From the NCBI GenBank assembly GCA_964512925.1, contig CAZEKH010000002.1, forward strand, positions 122,505 through 186,504: 64,000 nt of DNA, given 5' to 3'. This document shows, one piece after another, positions 52,170-62,457 of this stretch; position 1 is the first letter of the stretch, and the number at the start of each line of letters is the position of its first letter. A program made the position numbers and the translations under genes. The stretch is from an uncultured Candidatus Saccharibacteria bacterium. Lineage in GTDB: Bacteria; Patescibacteriota; Doudnabacteria; UBA920. The notes under the pieces are model-generated. The model was not told the origin of the DNA. It did no database searches and saw only the letters and a list, made by a program, of their open reading frames with translations.

Positions 52170-55100
52170 TTAAGGAATCTCTGTTTTAATAGGCGCGTTG
52201 ACCTTGTTAAACAACAGCAAAGGAGTAACAACATTTTTCACCGCCGGGTTAATGCCATCCTTGATGAAGTTAATAGCAGCGCTGTTCTGAAACCGGCTAG
52301 TATTGGCACTATATCCCGCTGGCAGCTGAGTTTTACCGGAGATAAAAAGTTTGACCACAACCGGAGTGGTAGTTGAAGACGGTGCCAGACTGCCGTTGAT
52401 CGGGATGCTCAAAGTTAGGTTAGGTTCGGTTCCGGAAGCTGTGATAGAACCCAAAGAAAATCCTGCCCCGGATAGACTCATTCCCCAAGCCAAAGGATCA
52501 GTAACGCTTTTACTGGTATCTACCCTCGCCAGGTTGGTCAGTCTTTCAGAAATATTGATACTGGTTGCAGGGTTGCCTCCGAGCACGGGCGCTGTGTTTT
52601 TGACGCAAATTTGATAAGTAATCTTGTCATTGATCTTGTAAGCGACATTTGGCGGGGTTTCGCCAGGAGAACTGCAGTCGCTTCTGGGTGAAGACCCGTA
52701 AGGACTTACATCGTTCAATGCAATTATATCTTTATCTGAAGTTGTCAGGTTGGCATCGCAGGAGATGTAGGCAATAGGACTTGGCAAAGCCAAGCTTTGA
52801 GCCGCAGATGCATTGTTCCAGGCTTCTACCCAATAGTAGTTATTAACCGGATCCATAAACGCCTTATTCGTCTCAGTCCAGACCAAAACCCCCGGACCGA
52901 CAGACTGCCTGAGGGTGGCAGTGGCAAAATTGTTGGTGGTATTGTGATAAATCTTGTAGCCCAAAGGTCCGCCTGAGTTGGCGCCCGGCTCATCCGTCAC
53001 AGCATAAAAAGTGGAGGGGCTGCCCTGGTTGTTGTATTCGGTTTGCAGCAGGTTTGCGCTTCTTAAAACATCTGACATTCTAACTTCGTCTATTTCACCG
53101 ACAAAGTATTCATTAACTCCGCCTGCTCCGCCGATCCAGAAAGTGCTAAATGAAAATGAAGAAGAAATGCTGGTGCTGCCGGCTGAAACTCCGTTGATGT
53201 AAAACTGGCAAGTTGAACCGTTATAAGTTACAGCGACTTGGGTCCAGGTGTTTAAAGGCACGGTTCCGGTGGAGGTGCAGAGATTCTGCGTGCCTGTCCT
53301 TAAGAGGCTCATTGTGTTGTTGCTGTTAACACGCCACTCCGGACCACTGCCGCCGGATTGGGCTATTATCGGATGGTAGCCGGCTGAAGTATTTTTAACC
53401 CACGCTTGGTAAGTAAAGGTCTGACTTTGTAGAGATGCATTGTTGGCGATATTTATAACCTGTCCGCCGCCGGCAAAGCCTGCGCCGCCTCCCATTTTTC
53501 CAACAGCAGCAGTTGCGCCCAAAATCGTACCGTTGTTTGCGCTCTGGCTGGAATCAGTAGCTGAAAGGGTACTGCCGTTCGGCAAATGCCAAACGCCTTT
53601 GTAGTTAGTGTCCCAATAGTGCGAGTTGTCCATATCCTGCTGGTCGGTGGCCACGGCCGGATTGCCCAGATACATATACAAAACTGTATTTGCGGAAGCG
53701 GAAAGTGTCGGAACCTTGATCCAGACAGCCAGCTCTCCGGTAGCCGGATCATATTTTTCTATTTTATGGGAAAGTTTGGTTGTTCCGTCCGAAGAAGTAA
53801 AGTAAATGTCCGTAGCGTCAGCCTTGCCAATCTGTCCGCCGTAAGTGCTGAACCGATAGTCTCCGCCAGACACGGAAAACAGGAACGGGAAATTGGTCAA
53901 ATCCGAACCGCCGACTACTTTAGTTCTGTCTATAGTGATTTTTTTCTTAAACGACCAGATCAAGGGGTTTCCGGAAAATGGCAAAGTCCAGCTGACTTTT
54001 ATGGTTTCGCAGGAAACCGTAGCGTCGCTTGAGGAGTTGAAATTAGCCGTATTGTTCGGACCAGTCAGACACTGTTCTACCTGGATGCCCGTACTGTTGG
54101 AAGCTGAAGCCACCTTGGCGCTTTCCTGAGAGCCGCCGACTGCTGAAACCCAATAGTAGTAGGTGGAAGCGTTAGTCGTCGGACTGTCAGTGGTGGGTGA
54201 AGAAACTGCAGTCTTTATCGGAGCTCCAGTGGTAGCAGGATCATTGGTGGTGGAGCGGTATATATTGTAAGAAGTAGCGCCTGCTGCCGCAGTCCAAGTT
54301 AAAGTAGTCGTTCTAGACGGACAAGGACCTAAATTTACCGCCAAATCTGCAGGAGCGTTCGGCGCAGTCTGCCTCCAGACTGTCAGATACTGGGGCGAGT
54401 TGGAAGCTGCCGGGGAAGAGCCGTTGTCCTGGATAGTCACCAAACAGGACTGACTACCTGGAGAAGCTGGAGCGTCTACAGTTATCGCCACAGTGGTGTT
54501 GGCGTTCTGGGCCAAAGGTCCGCCCGAAGCCGTGCCAACATGGCACCAGGACTGGTTGGTTGAAGCTCTCCACAAAAGCTGGCTACCTGCAGTGCCGGTG
54601 TTGGTAATGGTCAGATTCTGAGCCGCTGGAGCAGCGCCGCCAGCAGTAGCGTTGAAGGTCATCACAGTGGGGCTAAGTCCGATCGCCGGAGCAGAAGTGC
54701 CTACGCAAACACCAGAACCGTTGCAGGTGCCTCCTGGACAAGCGGTGCCGGCTGCTAAGTTTGTAAATGCGGCGCAAGTGCCAGGACTGTTTCCAGTACA
54801 AGCCCCGCCGCTTTGACAAGCGTTAGGCGCAGAACAGCTATAGTTAGTAGCGTTTGTGCAAACTCCATTGTTACAAGTACTATTGTAACTGCAAGCCACT
54901 CCATCGTCGCAAGATGTTCCGTTAGTTGCGGCATAACTGCAAGCTCCCCAAACACCGGCAGTACAAGTCTGCACCCCGGCGCAGGTGCCGGATCCGCAGG
55001 CTTGGGTTGCGCCGTTGGTACAAGCGCCCATATTAACAGTGGCAAAGTTAGCCTGGCTGTTTTGACAGAACTCATAGTTTTGGTTTAGGTTACAAGAAAC

Positions 55101-56594
55101 TTGAAAGTTCTGAGCAGTAGCCGGGGCTTTGCATTTAAAAACTACATTTTGCCCGTTTACGCTGTCTATGTTTCCGGAGTTGTTTAAAAACCACTTAAAC
55201 CCATAGCCTGCGGAACTGCAGTCCGCAGGTCCGGCGTTAATGGTAACATTGGAAGGAATATTTACGCCATAGTTACAGGACACATAAAAGTCCTGGTTAG
55301 GATTTACGGAATTTAAATTTGTAGCAAATGTAGAAGTGGAAAGCGAAACTCCGCTTTGGGCGCTGTTAAAGGTTGTTGGGGTACAAACAGCATTTCTAAC
55401 TTCCAAAGTAGCAGTTTCAGAATGGTCGCAAGTTCCAACACAGGCGTTTTGAGGATGGGGTGATACATACGCTCTGGCGTGTATTTGATAGTTGCCTATA
55501 TCGGTGTGTTTTGCTAATACTGTATAATTATCCAAAGGAACATCAAAATAACCACTTCTCCAAGAGCCTAACACGCCATAATTTACTGAATTACAAGTTA
55601 TTTCATAAGGCGAATTCATTGTATAACCACACGCAGCTCCATTAATAACCTGGGCTCCAGAACTATCGTACAACTGGCACTCAACACCACCTGAACAATT
55701 AATTTGCATTTGATCTAAACTAGCAGGACCAGTTTTTGCATAGGTAATAGAATAAGTTGTATAAGCATCCACCCCTAAAACCATAGATTGAAACAGTGGA
55801 TTTATTGCAACAGAAATATCTGTCGCACAATCAGCATCTGTTTGACAAAGATCTGTTGACCCCGGACATCCCAAACTTGGATCATAGGTTGTTGAATTTG
55901 GGTCAGAAAAAAAATCATCTCTATTAAAAGTTTGTAAAGTACATGATGATGAGCTACAAGCTTTGTATTGTACTGTACCAGTGCATGTTGCTGGCGATGA
56001 AGGCCCGCTTCCAGTATCTTCAGGACTAAATATTAATCTAAAACTACACCCATTACAATTTGTTTCGCCAGGTATATTTATAGTTCCTCCAGAATTACTA
56101 ACCGAATAAGTAACAGAGCTCCCATCTGGTCTAATTAAAGCAACCCCATTTAAAACTGACCCTCCAGCGCCAATAATATTTCCATTTCCATTTACATTAG
56201 CTGTAATTTGTAAACCTTTTGAGACATCAATAGTACCAGGCGCACTAGCAATCCCAGGACCAGCAGCATTTGGGTTACCAGTCCCATATACTATAGGTGA
56301 AGTTCCATTACCTTGATATACGGTGTTACTACCGTTAGTTATGGTTAAAGATGTGCCACTTGTCACAGCAGAGCCAAAAGGCCAGCTCCCATTTGTTACA
56401 GGTCTTACTCCCTGAGGAGTAAACGAATAAACTAATCCATTAACCGCAGAATCTAGTTGGGCAGGAGTGGAAGATAAAGATGGTTGTGTTGTCGCGTTAA
56501 AATAATAATAGTTAGCAAAAGCTTGTAAATTAAACAAGCCAAAAATAAAAGCGCTCACTCCGACAACTCCTAATAGTTTATATTTTAGTTTCAT
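52170..56594 (-). CDS. Giant secreted surface protein: signal peptide, Cys-rich repeats, FN3 domains, DUF2341 + LamG-like lectin module, C-terminal DUF11-like domain
   Basis: Signal peptide MKLKYKLLGVVGVSAFIFGLFNLQAFA. A long CxxGxC-rich stretch. FN3 (SYNIYRST...YYYWVSAV). DUF2341-like (KIEKYDP..GELAVWIKVP..LYMYLGN). LamG (YQAWVKNT...FYINGVS...VGEIDEVRMS). Confidence 0.75.
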   Translation of the reverse strand: MKLKYKLLGVVGVSAFIFGLFNLQAFANYYYFNATTQPSLSSTPAQLDSAVNGLVYSFTPQGVRPVTNGSWPFGSAVTSGTSLTITNGSNTVYQGNGTSPIVYGTGNPNAAGPGIASAPGTIDVSKGLQITANVNGNGNIIGAGGSVLNGVALIRPDGSSVTYSVSNSGGTINIPGETNCNGCSFRLIFSPEDTGSGPSSPATCTGTVQYKACSSSSCTLQTFNRDDFFSDPNSTTYDPSLGCPGSTDLCQTDADCATDISVAINPLFQSMVLGVDAYTTYSITYAKTGPASLDQMQINCSGGVECQLYDSSGAQVINGAACGYTMNSPYEITCNSVNYGVLGSWRSGYFDVPLDNYTVLAKHTDIGNYQIHARAYVSPHPQNACVGTCDHSETATLEVRNAVCTPTTFNSAQSGVSLSTSTFATNLNSVNPNQDFYVSCNYGVNIPSNVTINAGPADCSSAGYGFKWFLNNSGNIDSVNGQNVVFKCKAPATAQNFQVSCNLNQNYEFCQNSQANFATVNMGACTNGATQACGSGTCAGVQTCTAGVWGACSYAATNGTSCDDGVACSYNSTCNNGVCTNATNYSCSAPNACQSGGACTGNSPGTCAAFTNLAAGTACPGGTCNGSGVCVGTSAPAIGLSPTVMTFNATAGGAAPAAQNLTITNTGTAGSQLLWRASTNQSWCHVGTASGGPLAQNANTTVAITVDAPASPGSQSCLVTIQDNGSSPAASNSPQYLTVWRQTAPNAPADLAVNLGPCPSRTTTLTWTAAAGATSYNIYRSTTNDPATTGAPIKTAVSSPTTDSPTTNASTYYYWVSAVGGSQESAKVASASNSTGIQVEQCLTGPNNTANFNSSSDATVSCETIKVSWTLPFSGNPLIWSFKKKITIDRTKVVGGSDLTNFPFLFSVSGGDYRFSTYGGQIGKADATDIYFTSSDGTTKLSHKIEKYDPATGELAVWIKVPTLSASANTVLYMYLGNPAVATDQQDMDNSHYWDTNYKGVWHLPNGSTLSATDSSQSANNGTILGATAAVGKMGGGAGFAGGGQVINIANNASLQSQTFTYQAWVKNTSAGYHPIIAQSGGSGPEWRVNSNNTMSLLRTGTQNLCTSTGTVPLNTWTQVAVTYNGSTCQFYINGVSAGSTSISSSFSFSTFWIGGAGGVNEYFVGEIDEVRMSDVLRSANLLQTEYNNQGSPSTFYAVTDEPGANSGGPLGYKIYHNTTNNFATATLRQSVGPGVLVWTETNKAFMDPVNNYYWVEAWNNASAAQSLALPSPIAYISCDANLTTSDKDIIALNDVSPYGSSPRSDCSSPGETPPNVAYKINDKITYQICVKNTAPVLGGNPATSINISERLTNLARVDTSKSVTDPLAWGMSLSGAGFSLGSITASGTEPNLTLSIPINGSLAPSSTTTPVVVKLFISGKTQLPAGYSANTSRFQNSAAINFIKDGINPAVKNVVTPLLLFNKVNAPIKTEIP

Positions 56595-56643
56595 TTTTTT
56601 CTTTCTTAAAAGTTTTCTATATTATACCACAAAAATAAAAAAT

Positions 56644-56670
56644 GCTAGGCGGGTGTCCAATCCGCCTAGC
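56644..56670. repeat. GC hairpin gctaggcgg-N9-ccgcctagc in the divergent promoter region
   Basis: 9-bp perfect stem, read directly. Confidence 0.5.
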
Positions 56671-56847
56671 CATCGCGAGGTCCCCAGCAATATCTTGAAA
56701 GCTGTGGGATAACAAAATCCTCATTATAATTGCAGTAGCCTGCCGCCCTCACACTCAATGGTGTGTTATGGGTTTGCGCGTCCATATCTACCCTAAGTTA
56801 GAGTTTTCAGCAGGCCACGAAAATACGATACAACAAAATTCAATTTT

Positions 56848-56886
56848 TGTCAAACTATTGACAAAACCTATAAAATATGCTATATT
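56848..56886 (+). promoter_or_regulatory. Consensus sigma70-like promoter (TTGACA-17-TATATT) with an overlapping palindrome TTGTCAAACTATTGACAA; the transcript would be leaderless or nearly so
   Basis: -35 at 56858-56863 and -10 at 56881-56886. The ATG at 56893 lies 7 nt after the -10. Confidence 0.5.
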
Positions 56887-56892
56887 TTCCAT

Positions 56893-58470
56893 ATGTTAAA
56901 TGGAGGAAAAAGACTTCTGCAAAACGCCTTTTTGGCGACCCTCCTGCTGGTGGGCGCATGCCCCCAGCTTTCGCTCGCGCAACCTCCTTCAGCTGAGCCC
57001 TGGTTCGTCCAGGCACTCAAGATGAACGAACTGCGCCGATCTAGCGCAAGCTTCCCCACGACTTACGTTGTGGGCGATGGGGTCAACTGCAACGACCCCG
57101 CCCTTGCCGGACGGATCGACAGCGCTAAAAGTTTTAGCGTAGTCGATTCGGCTCCTTGCCAAGGGAGCATCTGGCAACACGAGACCAGTGTTGCCAAAGT
57201 TGCTTCGGCCATCGGAGGCCGAGTTGCTAGCGCCAAAATTTTCTCGCTTCCAGAAAAGCAAATCAAGCCTCTGGAATATAAAGCGGCCGACATCAATGCT
57301 GCTTTTGAGAAAATAGCCGACCAAACCAAGAGCGAAGAATTCGCAATTATCAACGCATCGCTCTTTGGTTCAGGTCCAGAGCTCGTAAAAGTGCTGAAAA
57401 GCATGGAAAAAAGAGTTCTCGTCATAGCAAGTGCCGGCAACAACGGCACAACCACTGTCGATAATCCGTGTTGGTTTGGACTCGATCTACCTAACGTCTT
57501 GTGCGTTGGGGCGGTTGAGCAGAGTGGCAAACTCTGGAACTCGAGCAATCGAGGCGCCAGGGTAGAAATGGCCGCTTTCGGCGTCAACATGTACCCAGGA
57601 GTAACGGGTACATCGTTCTCAGCCCCGGTTGTTTCGGGGCTCGCAAGCTCACTCTTTGCAGCGCTAAAAGCGCGGGGATATAGCCCCACGCCAGCAGTGC
57701 TAAAACAGATTCTAATTCAGGGCTCAACCCTGAACGAAAATCTCAAAGGCCTGATCGGAAACCCGAGGCAGGCCAGCGGCGAGAATCTTCTTTCTCTCGC
57801 CCAGAGGGTGTACGCCCCCTGGCCGATAGAGGCAACGGCATTCTCTCCCTTCCCGATCGGTTGGGAAGGCGAGCAGGCAGCGGTAAAAATTTCCGGAGCG
57901 CCCATCAGCCTCCGGCAACTCGGTGTCACCCTGAAACTTCGTGGAGAAAAGGGAGATGTGACAAACATCACCCCAACCTCTGTCGAGAGTGTTCAGGGCA
58001 ATGATGCCCTCTATTTCCCCGCTCCCAAAGCGGGTCGCTACTGGCTTTCTTTGAGTGTTGAGGGTCTCCCCTCGACTCTAGAAACGCCGATAACCATCAA
58101 TCCCCGCCGCAAGGCAGGTCTGATGTTCGGCAGTCGTGGCGCTGCACCGGACTGGTTTGCCCTTCCGGGCGAGGAGCTCCTGCTCCAGATCCCCGGATTC
58201 TCAACCGTTCCCTCCACGCAGATCGAAGCGTGGATCGGAATTTCGCCCCAGGGCGAAGAAACAGAATGGCACCAGGCTGTCATCCTCTCTTCCGCCCAAA
58301 ACTCGGAGCCTGGCTACTTTGAGGCAATAGCCCAGCTCCCGACTGAACTGTCGCCCTTTGAGGGAGTTGCGACCCTCGTACTGCGAGTTCAAGGCAAGTT
58401 CCTTGACTCGCAAATTGAAGTATTTTTGTCCTCCCCTCCGGCTCGTCACCGCCGGCCACGGGGCAGGTAA
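56893..58470 (+). CDS. Secreted subtilisin-like (S8) serine peptidase; GC-rich, likely horizontally acquired
   Basis: Signal peptide, Asp (VVGDGVN), His (HETSVA) and Ser (GTSFSAP) in S8 order. GC is about 58% with foreign codon usage. Confidence 0.75.
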   Translation: MLNGGKRLLQNAFLATLLLVGACPQLSLAQPPSAEPWFVQALKMNELRRSSASFPTTYVVGDGVNCNDPALAGRIDSAKSFSVVDSAPCQGSIWQHETSVAKVASAIGGRVASAKIFSLPEKQIKPLEYKAADINAAFEKIADQTKSEEFAIINASLFGSGPELVKVLKSMEKRVLVIASAGNNGTTTVDNPCWFGLDLPNVLCVGAVEQSGKLWNSSNRGARVEMAAFGVNMYPGVTGTSFSAPVVSGLASSLFAALKARGYSPTPAVLKQILIQGSTLNENLKGLIGNPRQASGENLLSLAQRVYAPWPIEATAFSPFPIGWEGEQAAVKISGAPISLRQLGVTLKLRGEKGDVTNITPTSVESVQGNDALYFPAPKAGRYWLSLSVEGLPSTLETPITINPRRKAGLMFGSRGAAPDWFALPGEELLLQIPGFSTVPSTQIEAWIGISPQGEETEWHQAVILSSAQNSEPGYFEAIAQLPTELSPFEGVATLVLRVQGKFLDSQIEVFLSSPPARHRRPRGR

Positions 58471-58493
58471 CTAGGATGCGCTTCAGCATCCGC

Positions 58494-58540
58494 GGACCGA
58501 CCAGCGCTAAGCCTCACGCGCTGCTCGGTCCTTTTTCTTT
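58494..58540 (+). terminator. Strong terminator after the S8 peptidase gene
   Basis: ggaccgaccagcgc...gcgctgctcggtcc followed by TTTTTCTTTT. Confidence 0.75.
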
Positions 58541-58616
58541 TCCCAAAAATATTTTCCTAAATTTGGGTGAATGGTAAATTTTTACTCACCCCCTGTATCT
58601 TTTTTAAAAACTGTCG

Positions 58617-58650
58617 TGTCAACTATGACACATATGTGTTATGTTTGACA
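58617..58650. repeat. 34-bp palindromic element TGTCAACTATGACACATATGTGTTATGTTTGACA, copy 1
   Basis: Near-identical to 62565..62598 (1 mismatch) and related to the perfect palindrome at 62424. Confidence 0.75.
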
Positions 58651-58797
58651 TTTTTTTATTCCCGATTCATCCACCCCACAAACAATTCCTATTTTAAATA
58701 GTATAAGCATCATTCCAACATTCTTGAGAATGTCAGAATGTTGTTTTTATGCAGCTTTGTGATCGTTATAGTTATCGTTAATTTGTTTCTATCCCCC

Positions 58798-61700
58798 CTA
58801 CCACCCCCATCCCATATCTCCTTTGTCTGTATAGACTTTCAGAGTTTTAAGGCCAGGGTGAGTTTGATGGATCTTGCCTTGCTGGTCTTTACCTGTAAGG
58901 GTTGTTTGTTTAACAGGTTTTTGTTGAAAGATGGCTTGTAAAGTAAAGTCTTTCTTAGACTTAATGGTCTGGGTAAGTTTGTCTAGCTTGTTCTTGTCTA
59001 ACTGCCAGTTAAACCTTAATACTGTCTTAGTTAAGTCTACAGGGAGGCTATTGTAACTAAGGCTTAATACTTCAGCTTTTAAAGCTTTTTTTCTGTCTTT
59101 GTCGGTAAGTTTAAGGATAGTGGTATTTCCTGCTTTGTCTTGAGCTTTTATGCCGTCAGGCAGATAGTCTATGTAAACAGGCAGGCTGTAGTTAGTCTGG
59201 CTTAATACTGGTTCTTTGGACTTTCTGTCTAAAGCAGATAGAGCTATATCATTCTTAGTTACATCAAACTCCATTAGTATTTCAGGAGGGGTCTTATCTA
59301 TGGTAAAGCTAAGGGTATTGAAGGCTTCTTTGTTGCCTGCTTTGTCAATGGAGTAAAAAGACAGGGTGTGAGAGCCTTCTTCTGTCAGGGTTAAGGGAGA
59401 AGAACTGGCTTGATTTAAGGATAAAGGATCAAAGGCCAAAGATGACTGCCAGCCTTGGTTATCCAGGTTATACATTATCTTTAACACTCCAGAAGTTTCT
59501 GCTTCTTTGCCTGGCAATACCGGGTCTAAGGCAGAGAGAGTTACCTTAACCTCGCTGCGGTAAAACCCAACCTCTCCCATAGTTCCTGCTATGGTAGAAG
59601 TAGACACAGGAGGAACCAGATCTTGTGATTGTTGGGGGTTTAGGAGGGAGGAGGGAAGGATGTTTTTGTCTACACTGCCATCACCATCTGTATCCAGCTG
59701 AAGCTGAGTTTGTTCTCCTAGCAAAACCATGCCTAAAAGAGAGGGGGTGACGGGGAGGTTTGGAAAGATTTCAGTTTTGGTTTCTTGATCGTCAACTATG
59801 GTTTTGCTTCTTAGGGTAAACGTGCCGTTTCCCGTGCCTTTGAGCTTAATCTGATACTGCTGCCCCTCGTCGTCCGGCAAAAAAAGATACTTATGGTCGC
59901 CCCAGATTTGAAGTGATGCCCCGGGAATGTCGTTTTGAACGCTGCCGTCTTCAGCAAGCCTTGTTTCATTGCCCTGGCTGTCTATTGCTTCAACATCTAC
60001 TGGACTTAAGATATGGATTTCTCTGCCTTTGAGCTGGCATTGTTCTGGGTTTTGGATCAGCTGATTGTAATTAATAATGTTCTTAGTGGGCAGAGAGGAA
60101 CCGGTTAAAATGTTAACAATTTTTTCTCTGATCCCATCCTGGGACAACATCTTTCCGTGGTCTGGTTTGATGGCGTAAAATCTATGGTCATTTAAAGCTC
60201 TGTTTGAGTCTGAGCTTTCAAAAGGCACAGTAGAGTCTCCAGAAACATTTTTTGGGGAGTCATAAACTGTCTCTTTCGTGGTTATGGTTTTGGAGGGGTT
60301 AAAGGGATCATTGGCATTGGTGGTCAGATAAAAGGTATTTTCCACCACGCTTTCAAAGGTATGGCTTTTACAGCCAGTGATGTTGTAGAAATCTATGCCT
60401 TGGTCAGCCAGCCGGAAATTCTCAAAGCCCTGTGAGTGAACACCCTGGGAGTTTTTTACCATCTCTGTGCCCAAGCTGTTGGCGTCGTGATTTACCAGAT
60501 AATCATAGGATTCTTCAAAGTTATAACTATGCTCATAAACAGGGTTTTGGGTACTGTCTATTTTCTTTAGAAAAGAACCGTTGAGGTTGTAGTAGGATAG
60601 GGAGGGGGAGAGGTCATAGGAAACAGGAAAATTTAATGAAAGTTTTTTCATTTCAAGATCGTTTAGTCCATAGATGTCAAAATTATCACCAGCTAACAAT
60701 ACTTTTACAGCTTTGGGAGCTCCTAAATTTGGAACTCCCACAAAAATAGTTTTTCCTATTTTATGATCTGTCGGATGATTTACAGCATATTTTTTAACAA
60801 TCAAACCTCCTGTTGAATGGGCTATTACATCAACTTTTTGAACCGCTCTGCCTGCGTCAGTTTGGTTTAAAATATACTGCATTTGTCCTTCAAAATTCTG
60901 AACAATATTGTCTGAAGCCCCATACCGCCAATCATAAGGGAAAGTAAAAAGGTCTTTCCCTTCAGTGTAACCTTTTGATATTAAAAGGTTGATTAGAGAG
61001 TCGGAGTAGTCAAAAAGTGTAATTTCTCTTTTTGTTGGTAATTTTTGAATTTTTTTTCTTATAATACCAAGAATATCTAAATTATTATATTTTGGAATCA
61101 TACTGCTAATAAATTCCAATTTATCCATAAAACTATCAGAGTTTACAGGATTTATCATCCTAACAATATCTGCCCACAACAAATCATCCCCTTGCTTTAA
61201 TTCTGTGCCTAATATCCCCGGCACAATCAAAACAGGTGTAAGGCCAGGAGTTGGAGTTGGCACAGGTACATTGTAGATGGCTTTTAGTCTTACTTTCGGT
61301 GTCTGTATCCAAGGAGGGTATTGAGCTGTTTGTGAAGCCAGACCTAAGGTAAAAAAAGGAGCATTTGGGTTAAGTCCTGAAGGTAAACCTAATATGGTTA
61401 ATTCTTCTGCAGTATCTTCATTAAAAGCTTTTAAATCATAGTAACCGTCTGGTCTTTCTACTGCTTTTATGAGTAAGTGACTGATGTTTATGAGGTTTGT
61501 GTATTCAGAAGGGTAATATACAGGAGGATAGTAATAAAAATAGCTGCCAAAGTTATTTGGGCAGCCGTCTGAAAACATATTATCTAGGGAGTAGAAGGAA
61601 AAGGGAGAAACCGCTATAAAGTCACCATTGAGGGTAAAATGAAACTTTACCAAACCATCTGGACCATAGTCATAGGTGATGTCTGTAACCGAGGTGCCGT

Positions 61701-61812
61701 TGTACATAGCATCGGCGCATTTGTTTATACCGAGGATAGTGTCAGCGGAAGAAAATAGGGGTAAAAGAAGGAGAAAGAGGGATGAAAAAAGAAAGAAAGT
61801 AAATTTTTTCAT
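58798..61812 (-). CDS. Large secreted alpha/beta-hydrolase of the LCAT/PGAP1-like lipase family with a long beta-rich C-terminal extension
   Basis: Signal peptide (MKKFTFFLFSSLFLLLLPLFSSA), a FPYDWRYG LCAT-type motif, a nucleophile elbow AHSTGG, and a C-terminal ~600 aa rich in T/S/G. The ORF track extends to 61854, but the Met at 61812 gives a proper signal peptide. Confidence 0.7.
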   Translation of the reverse strand: MKKFTFFLFSSLFLLLLPLFSSADTILGINKCADAMYNGTSVTDITYDYGPDGLVKFHFTLNGDFIAVSPFSFYSLDNMFSDGCPNNFGSYFYYYPPVYYPSEYTNLINISHLLIKAVERPDGYYDLKAFNEDTAEELTILGLPSGLNPNAPFFTLGLASQTAQYPPWIQTPKVRLKAIYNVPVPTPTPGLTPVLIVPGILGTELKQGDDLLWADIVRMINPVNSDSFMDKLEFISSMIPKYNNLDILGIIRKKIQKLPTKREITLFDYSDSLINLLISKGYTEGKDLFTFPYDWRYGASDNIVQNFEGQMQYILNQTDAGRAVQKVDVIAHSTGGLIVKKYAVNHPTDHKIGKTIFVGVPNLGAPKAVKVLLAGDNFDIYGLNDLEMKKLSLNFPVSYDLSPSLSYYNLNGSFLKKIDSTQNPVYEHSYNFEESYDYLVNHDANSLGTEMVKNSQGVHSQGFENFRLADQGIDFYNITGCKSHTFESVVENTFYLTTNANDPFNPSKTITTKETVYDSPKNVSGDSTVPFESSDSNRALNDHRFYAIKPDHGKMLSQDGIREKIVNILTGSSLPTKNIINYNQLIQNPEQCQLKGREIHILSPVDVEAIDSQGNETRLAEDGSVQNDIPGASLQIWGDHKYLFLPDDEGQQYQIKLKGTGNGTFTLRSKTIVDDQETKTEIFPNLPVTPSLLGMVLLGEQTQLQLDTDGDGSVDKNILPSSLLNPQQSQDLVPPVSTSTIAGTMGEVGFYRSEVKVTLSALDPVLPGKEAETSGVLKIMYNLDNQGWQSSLAFDPLSLNQASSSPLTLTEEGSHTLSFYSIDKAGNKEAFNTLSFTIDKTPPEILMEFDVTKNDIALSALDRKSKEPVLSQTNYSLPVYIDYLPDGIKAQDKAGNTTILKLTDKDRKKALKAEVLSLSYNSLPVDLTKTVLRFNWQLDKNKLDKLTQTIKSKKDFTLQAIFQQKPVKQTTLTGKDQQGKIHQTHPGLKTLKVYTDKGDMGWGW

Positions 61813-61828
61813 AAAATTTTGAATTAAA

Positions 61829-62164
61829 TCAGGCTCCCATGTGGAGAGTGGCAAATAAAATATAAAATATAAAAAATGACCATAAGCTAAGCAAGCTAAT
61901 TAGTAACATTAAAATTTTTTTATACTTTAAATTTTTAGATTTATATATATTAATCATTACTATAATTAGACCAATAAACTGGAAAAGGGTGATATATATT
62001 AAACTTAGATGATTGTCATCATTAGATATATAATTTTTATTAAAAGGTAAAATTCCTAAAATAGGACTCCATAAAATCTCCGGTACCGCAAACATCCCTA
62101 AACCTATATACAACCAATTTTTATGTCTTTTTTCCATATTTTTCCTTTCAAAAAAAGCCGCCAT
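61829..62164 (-). CDS. Small polytopic membrane protein
   Basis: 111 aa with three hydrophobic segments. Overlaps the lipase start by a few codons. Confidence 0.35.
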   Translation of the reverse strand: MAAFFERKNMEKRHKNWLYIGLGMFAVPEILWSPILGILPFNKNYISNDDNHLSLIYITLFQFIGLIIVMINIYKSKNLKYKKILMLLISLLSLWSFFIFYILFATLHMGA

Positions 62165-62423
62165 AAAAGGCGACTTTTAATATTTGAAGCTAAATAACAG
62201 TTTAATATTTTTCAACATCATAATACAATAACTATAACTCTGAGAGGTATTTGGTGTCAAAAAGGTTTTTCCACAGGAAATTTTAACTTGTTTTATATAG
62301 ATTTTCTATCATTGACAGCATCCCAACCCAATTTGATCCGCCTTGTAGCCCACATACGAGCAGGTAACGATTTTTAACCGATTCTCCTGACATTCACCTC
62401 CCTCACCAACCAAACCCAACCTC

Positions 62424-62457
62424 TGTCAAACTAGTCACATATGTGACTAGTTTGACA
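62424..62457. repeat. Perfect 34-bp palindrome TGTCAAACTAGTCACATATGTGACTAGTTTGACA, copy 2
   Basis: Read directly: a 16-bp stem with a 2-nt centre. Confidence 0.75.
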
